From Gammaproteobacteria bacterium (lineage in GTDB: Bacteria; Pseudomonadota; Gammaproteobacteria; Ga0077536), in assembly GCA_963662545.2 (NCBI GenBank), contig CAXXLL010000003.1, positions 1,440,001 to 1,504,000 on the forward strand: DNA of 64,000 bases. Direction: 5' to 3'. The position numbers and the translations under genes were made by a program. A model generated the notes under the pieces. It was not told the origin of the DNA. It searched no databases and worked only from the letters and a program-made list of their open reading frames with translations. Positions within the stretch are counted from its first letter, which is position 1. Every line of letters starts with the position of its first letter. This document shows positions 62,453 through 64,000 of this stretch, piece by piece.

Positions 62453-62893
62453 TCAGGGCTCCGGGGGGCGCTCGTAAAGGTCGGAGATCTCTTCGGAACC
62501 CGGGTCGAAAGACTGCCCGGGCTTGAGCAGTCCCGGTTCGCTTCCCCCGCCCACCGGCACCCGCACAGCCGACCTATCGATGCGAAGCTGGTGCGCATCG
62601 ATGCCGAAATCCCCGAGGTCTCCCTGAAATGAATTCGTACCATTGATCCATACCGTTGACGGGCCGTTTGAGCGTGAAACGAAACCATCGACCGTAATCG
62701 GCTCGTAGATTTCGGATTCATCCTCGATGAAGATATCGGCCAGCGGCGCCGTTTCATTGACTTCTGGCGCTACCGGTACGGGCGCCGCATGCCGCGCACG
62801 GTCGAGCGCGGCGCGTTGCGCGGGGGTGAGAAACAGCCGCCCGAATTCCGCCGCTTCGAGTGGCGCACTCGCGATGATGCCCGCGAGAATCAT
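62453..62893 (-). CDS. Conserved hypothetical (PilP-like) protein of the pilus/T2SS-like cluster; start uncertain
   Basis: FGRLFLTPAQRAALDRAR, GFVSRSNGPSTVWING, LKPGQ. Confidence 0.6.
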   Translation of the reverse strand: MILAGIIASAPLEAAEFGRLFLTPAQRAALDRARHAAPVPVAPEVNETAPLADIFIEDESEIYEPITVDGFVSRSNGPSTVWINGTNSFQGDLGDFGIDAHQLRIDRSAVRVPVGGGSEPGLLKPGQSFDPGSEEISDLYERPPEP

Positions 62894-62910
62894 GATGACG
62901 GTCAAAAGTT

Positions 62911-63531
62911 TCACAGCGTCAATCGCTCCTCGCCGCTGAGATCGATGGTCAACCAATCCAGCAGACAATCCGCTTTGATGTTCGCTACATGGGGGTCGAG
63001 CTTGATTTCACCCTCGGTCATTTTGAAATCGCAGCTTCTGACGGAATACTGGCCCAGCGCGTCGCGGTCGAGCGCGTTCAGAAGCTGGAACAGATCGCCT
63101 TCGTGCAGCAGACCGATGCTGAGATTCATCGGACTCGAGTAAAGCTCGTAGCTACCGAGGCGGACGTCGAAATCCGTTTTTGTCGGGCGCTGCGATTCGA
63201 TCTTGTAGGTCAGTTCCGGGATCTTAATGGCGTCGCCGGCCTCGCGCAGCGTCTCCAGCCAACTCAAGCGCCGTTCGCCGCCCAACAGGCCGGCCCGGTA
63301 AAGGCGTACGAATTCCGGATAGAACTCCTCGATGATGCGCTCTTCCTCGTCGACCGCCAGGTATTGCTGACTGGCGTTGCGGAAGCGGCTGTGATTGCTC
63401 TGGTATTCGCGCTCCATTTTCTGCCGGAATTTATAACTGCCCGCGAGCATGGCCGTGCTCGCCAGCACGCATACGACGAACAGAATGAGCGAACCGCGCA
63501 GGATCGACCAGTCAGGTTTGTTGTTGGCCAA
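62911..63531 (-). CDS. PilO/GspM-like inner-membrane assembly protein
   Basis: Single TM, coiled coil, ERRLSWLE, LLHEGDL, ADCLLDWLTI; position in operon. Confidence 0.6.
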   Translation of the reverse strand: MANNKPDWSILRGSLILFVVCVLASTAMLAGSYKFRQKMEREYQSNHSRFRNASQQYLAVDEEERIIEEFYPEFVRLYRAGLLGGERRLSWLETLREAGDAIKIPELTYKIESQRPTKTDFDVRLGSYELYSSPMNLSIGLLHEGDLFQLLNALDRDALGQYSVRSCDFKMTEGEIKLDPHVANIKADCLLDWLTIDLSGEERLTL

Positions 63532-64000
63532 TGTTCACTCCAACGACCAGTTTAATTTTGAATTGCGCGACGACCCTTTCATTACGCGCAGTAGTCGACC
63601 CGCTTACGCTGGCTTCGGAACGGATGTCGAGCGGGTACTGCATGACGGTCACTTCATGCACGTCCGGCCGCGCTTCGAGCTCGATCGCGAGCCCATCGAT
63701 GATTTCAATCGCGCCGCGATAATCACCATAAAACGGTTCGAGATGCCCGCTGAGCTCGGCGATGTGGTAGTACGCATATGGACGACTTGCCGTTTCCCTC
63801 TCCACCTTGCCGCGTCGCGACGCTTTGGCCGCCTCCGGATCAGGGTCGGCGCTCGTCTCCCAGCGCAAGCCGTCGAGGCGTATGTCGGGGATTGTTCTCA
63901 GTGCGAGGCTGAGCAGGCGCAGCAGCGGCTCGGGGCTGCTCTTGTGCTGGCGTAGCGACTCGACCGCGTCGACGGCGATTCTGATCTCGCGTGGTTCGAC
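63512..64000 (-). CDS. PilN/GspL-like protein C-terminal part (runs off the window edge)
   Basis: Open frame LRWE...ELSGHL..F.GDYR...PLDI..., overlapping the next gene. Confidence 0.5.
   Translation of the reverse strand, partial: VEPREIRIAVDAVESLRQHKSSPEPLLRLLSLALRTIPDIRLDGLRWETSADPDPEAAKASRRGKVERETASRPYAYYHIAELSGHLEPFYGDYRGAIEIIDGLAIELEARPDVHEVTVMQYPLDIRSEASVSGSTTARNERVVAQFKIKLVVGVNIGQQQT

Overview
Gammaproteobacterial-looking DNA (crp, OsmC/yhfA, GTAG-family REPs, elongator tRNA-Met) in two parts. Positions ~1-49,260 form a decaying accessory region built by at least two tandem integrations at the 3' end of tRNA-Met (tRNA at 49262-49338, duplicated 3' half at 36698-36742, truncated integrase). 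It holds an AT-richer biosynthetic fragment (GMC oxidoreductase, IS256-split TPP enzyme, Ala/Ser/Leu-rich small protein, carrier protein, stand-alone condensation domain) and a FimB/FimE-like recombinase. It also holds catabolic genes (IorAB-like, two C45 peptidases, deacetylase, sulfotransferase, MBL hydrolase, tenA-thiD), Fic, many pseudogenes, and IS256, ISNCY, IS4, IS1182, IS91, IS481-like, IS5 and RAYT elements or remnants. Positions ~49,340-64,000 look like core genome: thioesterase, crp, OsmC, PAS-GGDEF-like protein, adenylate cyclase, sensor kinase, and a type IV pilin/T2SS-like cluster with ABC transporter genes. Two structures are not explained by standard annotation. (1) A family of 24-25 bp palindromic units (GTCCGCT-N10/11-AGCGGAC-like) with fixed 58/59-bp spacing separates single genes like cassette boundaries, and its centres are hit precisely by an IS1182 and two IS1182-type MITEs. 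(2) An IS91 transposase remnant is interrupted by five different 47-72 bp inserts, each built from two GGA-loop hairpins. The ISNCY tandem junctions are garbled and may be assembly artefacts, so some frameshifts and stops may be sequencing errors. All alignments were done by eye.
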